From Phoronis australis (lineage: Eukaryota; Animalia; Phoronida), in assembly GCA_002633005.1 (NCBI GenBank), contig NMRA01000801.1, forward strand, positions 1 to 64,000: a DNA stretch of 64,000 nt, read 5' to 3'. The notes beneath the pieces are model-generated. The model searched no databases. It saw nothing but the letters and a program-made list of their open reading frames with translations, and was not told the origin of the DNA. The translations under genes were made by a program, and so were the position numbers. This document shows, one piece after another, positions 24,040 through 36,158 of the stretch; positions within the stretch are counted from its first letter, which is position 1; each line of letters opens with the position of its first letter.

Positions 24040-24654
24040 GTTAACTGACTAGTAAATGAAAGCAAATGACGACGGAACTTAACACAACCGAGGTAGAACA
24101 ATGACTGACTCAGCAGCTCTCACAGAAATTGGCGCGAAATGCTTGCCTCCTAAAATGTCACTTCCGGACTAGCGGACGAGTAATTAACAAAATTACGAAA
24201 ACCTGTAATTAAGTGGAAAATATGTCTAGGATAACCAACCAACCTTATTTTAGCTCAAAATGACATGGAAAAAGGTTGCCTTCGCCTTTAACTGTTGAGT
24301 TATTGTAACCGACATTCATCCACTTTGACCAGTCTCCTGCGTTGCATGGGTAATGCACAGTGCAACATCACATGGGTAATGCACGGCGCAAAATTACATG
24401 AAACGAATGACCCCATTAGGCAAAGACATAAGGCTAACTTATGTGCTTTATATAGATGTGCACAACACTTTGGATATTAATAAATTACGGTTAAAAATTG
24501 TATCAATATGAAAATACCAGTTTTGGGTCAGACCAATATTTCCTAACAGTGTGCAGTCCTAGCAATCATATGCTCTGCATTAATACAAGATGGCTTGCAT
24601 GTTTTCACATAATGTTGTGTTTATAACTGATGTGTTTCAATCACTTTCTACCAG

Positions 24655-24824
24655 AGTCAAGCCATGCGCATTGTGCGTACAATAGGGCAGGCCTTTGAAG
24701 TGTGTCACAAGCTGGGCATTCACACTAAGGGTGAGAATGGTAGTGCCCCTCGGGACAAGGATGGTGAGAGGGAGCAGAGGTCATCATCAGAGGAGAATGA
24801 GCGAAGGGTCAGGCGGCGGTCAAG
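24655..24824 (+). CDS. NOS1AP: NOS1AP exon (SQAMRIVRTIGQAFEVCHKLGIH...RRRS)
   Basis: PTB C-terminal helix matching SQAMRIVRTVGQAFEVCHKL; ctaccag / gtaaag; phase 0/2. Confidence 0.94.
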
Positions 24825-25129
24825 GTAAAGGGGGGGGGGGGGCAGGAATGAATAACAGTAAGGATGGAGAGGGTGTTTTTGTTGAATGTAGAACCACTTG
24901 AAATACATGTAGAATTTCAATGTTTGAAGTCATGTTAGACCAGTAGTGTCCATGTTGTTGCTTAACCTTTGCAATCCCTATCTTCACATTTGGAGGGTAT
25001 CTGGCTTTTGTCAGCATTAATCGATTTTGCTTTCTTATTTATGTGAGTGGATGAGTGACTTTTTTCAATCATTGTTTTCAATTTTATTTTTTGAAGTCAT
25101 TTGACCATCTGACCTGTTCACTGTTCCAG

Positions 25130-25265
25130 TCGCCGGTCAGAGTCGCCCAGTCGTGGTGACCGGCCCAACAGCGAGGGTCCCCCTCAATATCGTGAGTCAG
25201 TAGAGGAGCGAGCTCTACAGCAGGCACAGCAGATGTTACAGAATATAAGTGGACGGCCAGGAGAG
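25130..25265 (+). CDS. NOS1AP: NOS1AP linker exon (RRSESPSRGD...ISGRPGE)
   Basis: ttccag / gtcagt; open frame that bridges phase 2 to phase 0. Confidence 0.82.
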
Positions 25266-25316
25266 GTCAGTCTGGTTAAACCTTGCAACATGCTTCCTCA
25301 CCGTGATCAATCTTAG

Positions 25317-25590
25317 TTTGTGCTGGATATGTCATTGTCACTTGGTCTGTGCTGGACACGTCATTGTCACTTAGTCTGTACTGGACACGTCATTGTCACT
25401 TGGTCTGTGCTGGACACGTCATTGTCACTTGGTCTGTGCTGGACACGTCATTGTCACTTAGTCTGTACTGGACACGTCATTGTCACTTGGTCTGTGCTGG
25501 ACACGTCATTGTCACTTGGTCTGTGCTGCACACGTCATTGTCACTTAACCTTTGCTGAATATGTCATTGTCACTTAGTCTGTGCTGGATG
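25317..25590. repeat. 29-bp minisatellite
   Basis: Unit TGTGCTGGACACGTCATTGTCACTTGGTC, about 9 copies. Confidence 0.95.
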
Positions 25591-26008
25591 TGTCACTGCC
25601 ATGTTTGCTAAAAAAGAGCAAATGGAATCATGTGTGATACTTTATTAAAATAGAAAAGCTAGACATGTTTTCATAGCTAATGGAATTAAGAAAAAGAATT
25701 TGCAATTTTCATGTGAAGAAAATCTTAGTTTCTAGTAAAACACGCAGTCACATGTATACAAACATCAGGACATTCTTTTTTGCTCATCAGATTCTCTGAA
25801 TTTTAGAAATGTGTGGTTTCATGAATCTACAATAATAATTAATAAAAACGTAGTAGTTAATCTGGAAGGTTAAATAGAACTTTCAGAACTTTGTCAGAAT
25901 ATTGGAAGTTGATTTGTTTGCCATGATTTCTCATGGTTGCTATGACAATATTAAGTGTTAAAGTAAGGACTGAGTCATCTAACCTTTATGATTTCTTGCT
26001 GACCACAG

Positions 26009-26251
26009 GACAGTCTAGTTGCACCAAGCACACCTGGCCCTGCCCAGACCACTGTTGCCACGCCAGTCATGCTGACCAGTCAGTTTGAGGAGGTGGACGG
26101 GTCAGTAATGCCCATTAGTGCACACCACCAGCTACAGCTGTTGAGGTCACAGCTGGAACAGCAAACACAGCAGACTCAGGTGGCTGTTGCCCAAGTACAC
26201 CTGTTGAAGGATCAACTGGAGGTCGAGTCAGCGGCCAGGATAGAGGCACAG
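26009..26251 (+). CDS. NOS1AP: NOS1AP coiled-coil exon (...[43 protein letters not shown])
   Basis: Matches conserved [31 protein letters not shown]; ccacag / gtgagg. Confidence 0.94.
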
Positions 26252-26711
26252 GTGAGGGGGTAGTAGGATTACAGGTGGGGGGTAGGGAGTAGGATCACAG
26301 GTGGGGGGGTAGGGAGTAGGATCAGAGCTGGGGCATTAGACTCGCATGCTTGTGACCCAAGTTCACTTTTGAAGTATTAGTTGGAGGTTGAGATTGAGGA
26401 TAGGGTCACTGGTGTGGGGGTGTGGGGTTGTGGGTGTGTTGTGTGGTTTTTTGGTTGGGGGTAAGATCACAGGTGAGGGGGTGTGGGTATGCTGTATGGT
26501 GTATAGGTTGAGGCTAGTGTCACAGCTTGGGCAGCAGACACAGGTGGATGTGTTCCAGTTTCCCCTTTGAAGGATCAGTTTGAAGTGAAGCCAGCAGCCA
26601 GGTGAAGGGTATGTGTGGGGAAGTAGAGAGTGGAGGTAGAGACACTGTTGTGCGACTTAGATCAATTTGAGGTCAAGGGCTACATTGAAAATGCTCTACA
26701 CTGTTCAATCA

Positions 26712-26935
26712 CGTATCATACTGCATATGTGAGTAATTAGGCACACACACCTACATGTATCAGACTGTATGTGTTAGTAATTAGGCACACACACCTATAT
26801 GTATCATACTGTATGTGTGAGTAATTAGGCACATACACCTACATGTATCATACTGTATGTGTGAGTAATTAGGCTCATAAACCTACTTGTATCAGACTGT
26901 ATGTGTTAGTAATTAGGCACATACACCTACATGTG
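26712..26935. repeat. 44-bp minisatellite
   Basis: Unit GTATCATACTGTATGTGTGAGTAATTAGGCACATACACCTACAT, about 5 copies. Confidence 0.9.
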
Positions 26936-27372
26936 AAGTTGCCTGTATAACTTTTCTATAAACACTTTTGTATATGAAACACTTGTCGGATTTATATCAA
27001 ACTGTAGGTATTTAAAATAGCATTCAAGTGAGGCTTGACGTACTGACGTTAAGGATTAATTAGTTGAAAATTACAAAAACTGATTGAAGACCATGAAAAA
27101 GTCATCTGGTTTACAAGAACTATGATGTGCTTCTGTAAGTGAAGTCTGTGTACAAAAAGTGAGCAAAAATTTAAGCAAAAATGCATAATTTTGGGTGTGT
27201 ACCTAAAAATTATAAACACGATTTATAACAGTGCAAAGTGCTGAATAAGTTGCAGTGTTTAAAGCTTGTTCGATCTGGTTTAATGACTGGGTGTATAACA
27301 TAAATATCCTAGCATTTGTCTTACTAGGTGGTATCCACCAACACATTAACATCTCTCCATTTGTCTTGTCAG

Positions 27373-27513
27373 GCACGTATCCACCAACTCATCCTTCATA
27401 ACCGTGACCTACTTGACCACATACGCCAGCTGGTGGCTAAGATATCTGAGCTAGAGGCTGACATGTCTGGAGTATCGCCCTCAGTGGACGCCTTAATGCA
27501 GATACCTGAACCT
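27373..27513 (+). CDS. NOS1AP: NOS1AP exon (ARIHQLILHNRDLLDHIRQLVAKISELE...)
   Basis: Resembles ARVHQLLLQNKDMLQHISLLVKQVQELE; tgtcag / gtaagt. Confidence 0.93.
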
Positions 27514-29052
27514 GTAAGTACTACCCGACCACCTTATGTTTGGTGTTGATTGTGACATCATAGTGGGAGTGGCTTATTCAATCCTTGTTCCTCACAAAAC
27601 ACTTCTCAGCTGATGCTTTGATAATCAAGTTACTTTCACCAGTCTCCCATATATCCACCGTTGCTTTGTGATATTGTCAGTTGTGCTTGTGTAAGTAGTG
27701 TTTGCTTATAAGGTATTAAAATTACTTGCACACTTGTTGTGAGGTCTGGCAGAGCACAAACGTGATTAGGTGTGATCTGTCCAAACTCACCAGATGCCAG
27801 CCTTAGGGACCTCACCCTCTAATGAATGTTGCAAAGATATTATTCGCAACACTTGGAGAGCTTAACTGTACACTTTCTGTCAAACACATTTGTCCTGTAA
27901 CCTCCGCGGTCCTGTTTCTCAAAAACACTTTTGACTTTATCCAATATTCACAAGTCTGACTACGAATGACCATATGTTGATTTTTGGCTTTGCATTGCTC
28001 GAAATGTTTGTCTTCTATTTAGTCAAGGAGACTATGGGTTTCTGTCTTTAGACTTTGAATTGTAGGCAACATTTCTGGTGTTCAACCTTAGTCTGTTCTC
28101 ATGAAACGTGCTGTAAGTAGACTGATTTTGAGCCGAAAGTCAAAAGACAACCTACTTTGAGAATCAGGCCTCAGGTGCCTTTAACTGTTGAGGAATTGGT
28201 ATTGAATAGAAATGAGGTTGTGTGATTGGTGTTCACAAGATGCTGGGACTGTATTGACTGTATTGACTGTATTGACTGTTTGGTTTTTATTAGACTAACC
28301 GGTAGAGTAATACACCTAGCTTGAAACACTGGGTATTTCTGTAAAACTACAGTACAAGACAAAAGTAATCCAACAAAATACCATTCCCTCTCATGATATC
28401 TAGTTCTGTTAACTGTAACAAATCACTTGAAATTCTAATTCTAGAATGGCTTCGCCACCTAACTAACTTTGCTATTATTTCCTGTTCACTTTCAGTCATC
28501 AGGGTAGACTACTCTAACGATGAATTTGACTTCTGCTTGGCTGTCATGACGTGGAATTTGAATACTTTTGTCTTGTACTGTATATTATTCACACACTTCT
28601 TGTAACACCTATGGATATAGGTTACACTATTACACACGAGAAGTAAACTGTTTATTTCTTGTCTATTTTGTAGTCTTTGTAGATAGTTAATGAAGATTTA
28701 ACATTTAGCTTTTCATTCTTAGCTCCTTCTGTGAATTTATTAATTTTGTAACTTTGTTTTAGCCACTGCTTTTTATTTCAAATATCTGTTTTAATTTATT
28801 TATTTCAAATATCTGTTTTAATTTATTTATTTTTACCCTGCCTGTGAAACACTTCTGACATTGTGTGTCATTGCTAAACCATATAGGACACTGACTACTA
28901 AAATGTAGTGAGTTGCTGGTTAGAAAAAATTTCACTGACCAGATACAAGATGGTTGACTCTGCATAGTACACTAATTTCATTCTTGCCAAAATTTGTCAA
29001 TGTACACACATAAACACAGGGTCAACATTATGGAGTCCGTAGAAATATTTAA

Positions 29053-31229
29053 AGGCAAAGGCAACCTTTTTTCATGTCAACTATGAGATTTGTACTGCCA
29101 AACAGTGTGTTGTGGCAACTGGCTGACATATTTGAACAATGTTAAAGGCGAAGGCAACCTTTTTTCATGTCACTTTTAGCAAAAATAAGGTTCGTTGATT
29201 ATCCCAGACACATTTTTCACTTATTTACTGCTTTTCGTAATTTAATTAATTACTCGTCGTCTACTCCGGAAGTGACTTTTTGGGAGGCAAGAATTTCGCG
29301 CCAATTTCTTTTCATATAGTCTGACTGTGAGAGCTGTCAAGTCAGTCATTGTTCTACCTCGGTTGTGATAAGTTCAGTCGTCGTTTCCTTTTGCTTACGA
29401 GTCAGTCAACATGCCACGCTGTTGCTGCGTACTGGGGTGTACTCATTATTGTCTCACGTGCTGAGGAAAAACTGTACCACTTGCCCGAGTGTCCCGCGAC
29501 ACACTCCCACTGGAGGGTGATCTGAGCATCCAAACTGCTTGCATCCCGCCGTGTGACTCCCTCGCCACACACCTGGCACCTTCCAAATAGCTCCAATACA
29601 ACTCCACAATTAACTTATCAAACTTAAGCTCACCGATCTGTTCATTGGATGATGAACTGTCTTCTTCACTGGGTGGCAAACTGGGCCTGTATTCACTCCC
29701 ACTTCTCAACATCGCTGCAGGGCTGCTTACAGGCTCTGGGCTAGAGACAACACCACACGTGGAATCACTGCTAGTTCCTGGAATTGCATGCTATGGGGTA
29801 CGTTCGGAGGCACGGGTGACAGTAGATGAAGTGCCTCCAGTCACTGTATATAGTGGCCACAGCTCGCGAGGCTTCTCGCTTCAAAAACGCACTTCTTGGG
29901 GTTGGCAACGGGGCACTGCTAGGAATCAACAGCGGCAGTATGGTACCCTTCTTCTTTTTTTTTTCTGGTAATGAAGCCTATTTACAGGATTTACTGAACG
30001 TATTAAGTAATTGGTGTGCAAGGTGGCAAATGTCCGTAAATTTTTCCAAGACTGATGTGGTTCATTTTCGCAAGAGGGGACATGTAAGAACGAGTTTTGA
30101 ATTCATTTTGTGCGATCGCATTGTGAATTTAAAAGAATGTTATAAGTATTTGGGTGTAACTCTGAATGAGTTTATGGATTTTAGTTTGACAGCTGAGATA
30201 CTGGCGGACTCCGCGTCCAGAGCGTTGGGAGCTCTGGTNNNNNNNNNNNNNNNNNNNNNNNNNNNNNNNNNNNNNNNNNNNNNNNNNNNNNNNNNNNNNN
30301 NNNNNNNNNNNNNNNNNNNNNNNNNNNNNNNNNNNNNNNNNNNNNNNNNNNNNNNNNNNNNNNNNNNNNNNNNNNNNNNNNNNNNNNNNNNNNNNNNNNN
30401 NNNNNNNNNNNNNNNNNNNNNNNNNNNNNNNNNNNNNNNNNNNNNNNNNNNNNNNNNNNNNNNNNNNNNNNNNNNNNNNNNNNAATAAATAATACAGGCT
30501 CTGGGCTAGAGACAACACCACACGTGGAATCACTGCTAGTTCCTGGAATTGCATGCTATGGGGTACGTTCGGAGGCACGGGTGACAGTAGATGAAGTGCC
30601 TCCAGTCACTGTATATAGTGGCCACAGCTCGCGAGGCTTCTCGCTTCAAAAACGCACTTCTTGGGGTTGGCAACGGGTCACTGCTAGGAATCAACAGCGG
30701 CAGTATGGTACCCTTCTTCAGGTGTTGTTTCGCAGGGACCTTCATCAATTCAGCGTACATATCTCTGTCGTAATCTGACAGCAGAAAATGCTTGCCTCAT
30801 ACTCGGTAACCCTCCATTGCTTTGTACGTTGCGTGGACAGGTAGCGCTGCGTTCTTCACATGAACGAGCTAGCCAAGTACGGCAAAGTGTGTCATCCTTC
30901 GGAAAGCGACACAAGGTACCCAAAGCGCGTGTGAGACGATAATGAGTACATCCAACATGGCATGTTGACTGACTTGTAAACAAAAGCAAACGACGACCGA
31001 ACTTATCACAACCGAGGTAGAACAATGACTGACTCGACAGCTCTCACAGTCAGACTATAATGAAAAGAAATTGGCGCGAAACTCTTGCCTCCCAAAACGT
31101 CACTTCCAGAGTAGAGGACGAGAAATTAATCAAATTACGAAAAGCTGTAATTAAGTGAAAAATGTGTCTGGGATAATCAACGAACCTTATTTTTGCTAAA
31201 AGTGACATGAAAAAAGGTTGCCTTCGCCT
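29053..31229. mobile_element. Rearranged Kolobok-type element (copy 2, same family as 22635-24287)
   Basis: TTAA-AGGCRAAGGCAACC termini at 29053 and 29146, and inverted at 31229; disrupted THAP transposase remnant on - (about 29460-30963). Confidence 0.85.
29955..30492 (+). mobile_element. 5'-truncated non-LTR retrotransposon (RT C-terminal fragment; contains a gap)
   Basis: LQDLLNVLSNWCARWQMSVNFSKTDVVHF...YKYLGV...ASRALGAL; AATAAATAA tail after the gap; 227-bp flanking direct repeat. Confidence 0.82.
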
Positions 31230-31560
31230 TTAACATTGTTCAACTATGTCAGCCAGTTGCCACAACACACTGTTTGGCAGTACAAATCTCATAGTTGTTG
31301 CTTTCCCAGTCATCGCCAATATTACCCTATAAGACTCCATGCTTACGATCATATGGAAAATCAAGAGCAATTTCCCCCTGCTGAGCCCAATATACCGCGT
31401 GTAATCCCACGTGTACGTTCGTACCCTTTTGACTTTTTGCCGAACTATTCTGTCTTCTTACTTCCTGTAATATTTTAGTGCATACATGCATGTTGCGTGG
31501 TGACTTTGACCTAAAATTTTTACGAGGTTGCCAAACAAAATCTGAGATTTTATAGCAATC

Positions 31561-31906
31561 TACAGCCCTGCCGTGTTTCACTACAGCCTTGCTGTGTTTC
31601 ACTACAGCCCTGTCGTGTTTCACTACAGCCCTGCTGTGTTTCACTACATCCCTGCTGTGTTTCACTACAGCCCCGCCGTGTTTCACTACAGCCCCGCCGT
31701 GTTTCACTACAGCCCCACCGTGTTTCACTACAGCCCTGCTGTTTTTCACTACAACCCTGCCGTGTTTCACTACAGGCCTGCTGTGTTCCACTACTTTAAC
31801 AGCCCTACAGTGTTTCACTACAGCCCTGCCGTGTTTCACTACAGCCCTGCCGTGTTTCACTACAGCCCTTCCATGTTTCACTACAGCCCTGCCATGTTTC
31901 ACTACT
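31561..31906. repeat. 21-bp minisatellite
   Basis: Unit TACAGCCCTGCCGTGTTTCAC, about 16 copies. Confidence 0.95.
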
Positions 31907-34900
31907 GACCCTACAAAATACTTGTGTCGTCTGGCCTTGTGTCGTCTGGCCTTGTATTTCCGATGGACAGTTGGATTTTTAATATGAAATTGAGAATTGA
32001 ATTGTGTTTGCTTGTTTCAGACTATTGTTGAAAATAGAATATTGCTAGAATTGTGCTCAGAACAATGAATGCCAGGCTACTGGAGTCAGTTCAAATTTGC
32101 ACAGAAATGTCAATGCCAGGGGCTGTTCACACCAGGGACTCTATTTTCACCAGGCTGGAATCACACTGAATAAGTTTACACTGTCTGTTGACCAGTTGTG
32201 CTCTTCCATACAATCAGTGGGCCTCATGCCTTGTTGCTCATATCATTGTAATTTGTTTATGAATCTCAATCTCTTTCTCAAGGTCTTGCTTTTATTAACC
32301 AGGCTTGATTTGAAAACATTAACAAAATGATTAGGAGGTAATCCAGTTTATCTTAAAATAAAACCGAACTTCTTGTGGAGAGTTTCATATGTGTATTAGT
32401 AGACGTAAAATGATACATGTTTATTCTCTGATCATCAACACAGGCTAGTGGTGGATGATTTGTCTGATCTCATTTGATAGTATGCAGATGGAACTGTCAA
32501 CAGTCACAAGTTCTCATTGTGATTGGATATGAATTGGATTATGGTAAAGGAACCTCGATTTAAAAGGATTTCCAATTTTGAATGTAGAAATTTATCATCA
32601 AAAGTAAGAAATTCAGTGTTTTTTGCAGAAGCAATAACATGGAATGATTTTCTTAATGACCTTGTTACAAAGTTATGTAATCACTCATTAAGTTTTGGAG
32701 ATTAGTCAAACTCAGCGTGTCAAATTTTTATTGTAATTTGTCAGCGGAGGTTTTGTTTGTTTGGAAAGCACAAATCACTGTGATTCCTTCCTACATTTGC
32801 TATTTGTGTTGCCGTTGTTGCATTGTACTTATTGTGTCTTCTTGTATTTGCCATTTCAGCTTGAAGGTAATCTGTCAATCTCCTCACGGCAGAATGCATC
32901 TGCTGTAAGTCTCTTAACCTCTAATTCTCTCGTGGTTGACCTCATGTGATCTCATGAATGCTGCATATCTCGTCGCCTTATTTTCTAAAATTGGCCTGGT
33001 CGCCGTGTTTGACTCTTGTGAGCCAAGTCTACTGTGAAAATATCTATCTTTTATACTGAACATTCCAAAAATAATTGAACAGTATTCCGAGGCCTCGTGG
33101 TGATTTTTCATTTCCGGTTACATTGTGCATTCAGTCGTAACGACGGGAGGATTCTGCTCGCCGTCAGTCCCTTGTGGTGTGGAATTCTGGGTCTTTTTTA
33201 CGATTATTTTTTGCTTTTTCTTTATGAATGAGAACCAGACACATTATTTTGATAAAAATATCAGTTTGAAGAACTTGTGAGTCTCCGTTCATTCATGAGA
33301 TGTCAATATTGTCCCCCAAGTTCTACTCGCTCACTTTCTTCATCAGTTCTACCTGCTCACTTTCTTCATCAGCTCTTGAAACACTCATCTTATCTCTTAA
33401 TGCTTCTCTTTCCACACACAGTCCATGTTGACTTCTGATGACTTATAACATGGTTCACAAGCAGCTCAATCAACTAGCTTCAATGCTTAGAGATCTCAAC
33501 TATCCAACTGTTCTCACTCAAGCTTGTAGGAGTGCTTTAGATCACAACTTGGAACTTGGGAAGAAACTGCTTTATTCTGCTTAGGTTCAAGGGTTTATTG
33601 GTTGATTTGTTGAATTTTAGCCTTATGTGTTTATGTAATTTTTAAACTAGATTGTTATATATATCATATTTCTATTTTGTATGATTTGAACAAGATGTTC
33701 AAGGCCAAGTGTTGTTAAAGATATTTCCCTGCTGATGACTTTTACCCTTTTACAGCAACTTTATGACATGTACACATTGCTGATCATGCTTGTTATAGAC
33801 AAACATGATCTTAATGTTTACTTGTGTCGAGAAATTTGACAAAATAGAAATTAACTTTGCCGCCATATTGTATGCTAACTGAGTGAAGTATTACCACAAA
33901 AATAACATTTTGTAATTCTTATTTAGCCTGCAATATGGCCAACAAGTCAAATTTTATTTTGTCAAATTTTTTTACAAAAGCATGAGTTAAGAAACTTGGT
34001 TTGCAGTGTGTAGATGTCATAAAGCAATATTTGCAGTGTGTAGATGTCATAAAGCAATATTTGACAGAGCATCAATAAATGTTGAACCGAGTAATCGGCG
34101 TTTGAGAATAAAAGGATGACGATATTGTCAATTATTTTTGTGCAAAAAAGTGAAGAATTACTACATTCCATCTCACAGACTTAAGTCACTTGGCAAGTCA
34201 AACTTATAATTGACTAAATTTTGAATGGTGTCTTGTTAACAAGCGGTAAAAGTTATCCTGTTTGGAACAGTCCCTAGAATTTGGGACATGGAAACTCAGG
34301 CAAAATTCAATTTACTTAATTCTGGAATTTGAGACAAGAGCAATTTTGGTGATCATCATGTTTCTCGAATTTCAATTGATGAGTTGTCAATCTACAGAGT
34401 GGGTAATTTGGCTGTCTTTATGGTGATTCTTGAATTTGAGACGGCCATTACTGCCAATTTCTAGAATTTGGGTCAAACTCCGACCTGGAGCAAAATAGTT
34501 AAATTTTCACTCTGCCTAATTGGCTAAGTTTTACTGTATTTTGCTGCTGGGCATTTGTTGATCAAGTGAGATCACTAGGCTGTGACTGGTTGATGGTGAA
34601 ATGCAGGGCTTGCAGTGAGATTACTAGGCTGTGACTGGTTGATGGTGAAATGCAGGGCTTGCTCTCTTTCTAATATTTTGCACTGCTATACACATTACTG
34701 GGGTTTGCACCTGTGGTGACAAAAAAGTTTTATTCTTCATTTTAATTTATGCGTGTTGCATTGCTGTCGTTTCGTGCAACAATCCAGTGGTTTTGTGTTG
34801 TTTAAACGAACAACCTCAATTTTAGTTTACTTCAGTTTCTCAGTGGATTACTGACTTTAGGGTTGTTGCCTCCATGCAAACTTAAAAATTCTTTTCATGA

Positions 34901-35621
34901 AGTGGGATTTGAACAAAAACACTTTGCTGAAACTTATTTTGACTTCTGTGCCAGAAATGTAGTTAATGTTCTTCAGTACTAAGAATGAAGTACGGTAGTT
35001 CTGCATTCCTTAGTACACAATATGGATGACAAGTGAAATTCTATTTTGTCAAATTTCTCAAAAATTAGATGTTGAGAAAATTTTATTGTATTACTGCTAC
35101 AGTTTATATTTTGTTAATGTCATAAAACAACCTTTGGTAAAGTTACTGTTATTTGCAGCAAAGTACTGTTCTGTCTTATTGTGTTCTGATTAAGCTAATT
35201 ACCTCATATGGCATCATTCACCGAGTGACGTCATTCTCATGTTGGACACCAGATGGAGCCACTTGCTCAACTGAGTATTACAATTTTAAAAAGTCACCGA
35301 ATCTCATCAAATTTGTCTAACTTCACTGAAGTTATGGCAGCAATTCAGAAGGAAACTAAATGAAAATTAAAACTAATTTGTTTTAAGACTGGCCAGAAAT
35401 TTTTACTTTAATTTTTGGCATTAAGAAAATATGTTGTCAACTCTTTTGAAAACTATTGTGTTCAAAATGGTTACTACAGGTCAAAGGTCAGAGGTTAATT
35501 AAGGCCACAGTCTATATATGTAACAGTCATTTTATCTGGTTCTGAATGGTACTTTACCCAGTACACATCAGTTTGTTAAAATAGACGCTTCCTTTATTGA
35601 CAGTTGTCCATTTCTCTGCAG

Positions 35622-35693
35622 ATCCCAACACTACCGGCCGTCAATACACCTGTGGCTCCCCCAGTGATTATACCAGAATTCCGGGATATTGAC
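35622..35693 (+). CDS. NOS1AP: NOS1AP exon (IPTLPAVNTPVAPPVIIPEFRDID)
   Basis: tttctctgcag / gtaagt; 72 nt, phase 0/0, open frame. Confidence 0.8.
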
Positions 35694-36158
35694 GTAAGTC
35701 ACAAGACTGACGTGTAGTCATGCGTGTTCAGTGTTCTGCCCACACAAATCTCCAACTGTGGTTATAATGCATTGTGTTACATTGTGTTACAGCAATGGTG
35801 ACAATTGTGTAACATTATGCATTGCTGTGTCAGTCATAATGAGATGTAACCAATAGAGGTCACTCTAGTCATCTCAAACATGGCTCAAAATTTGTAAACA
35901 AGCCAGATAATCAGATTTATGCTTTTTACGTTGAGTATAAAGTGAAAGAAATTTGATTACATTTCTGTTGTTGAAAATAAATGCAATACTCAAAGCAGTG
36001 ATTAACAAATTGATTTCTATTGATAGTTCTTATACCCCAAATTGAATGAGTTAATGCTCCACAGGGGTGCTGGTGGTGCCATGTCAATTGCTACAAATAC
36101 TTACCAATACTGTTGATGTTGAGGACAAAATGGTGATAGTTGCTTATTCCACCTACAG

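Larger units (their letters stand above)
22635..24287. mobile_element. Internally deleted Kolobok-type DNA transposon (copy 1)
   Basis: TTAA on both sides; about 158-bp TIRs starting AGGCGAAGGCAACC (22635-22792, 24130-24287); convergent THAP and KolX-like remnants. Confidence 0.9.

Noticed and set aside
25317-25590. Regular 28-34-bp repeats suggesting CRISPR (also 40513, 44583, 56139)
   Set aside because: Head-to-tail units without unique spacers, no cas genes, eukaryotic context
29826-30238. THAP-RT fusion ORF
   Set aside because: Its first part is the antisense strand of the Kolobok remnant, in frame with the LINE fragment by chance
31327-31987. Repetitive ORFs (VVKHGRA, FHYSPAV, CFTTAL; also 61309-61848 and 50032-50289)
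   Set aside because: Open in several frames only because the minisatellite units lack stop codons
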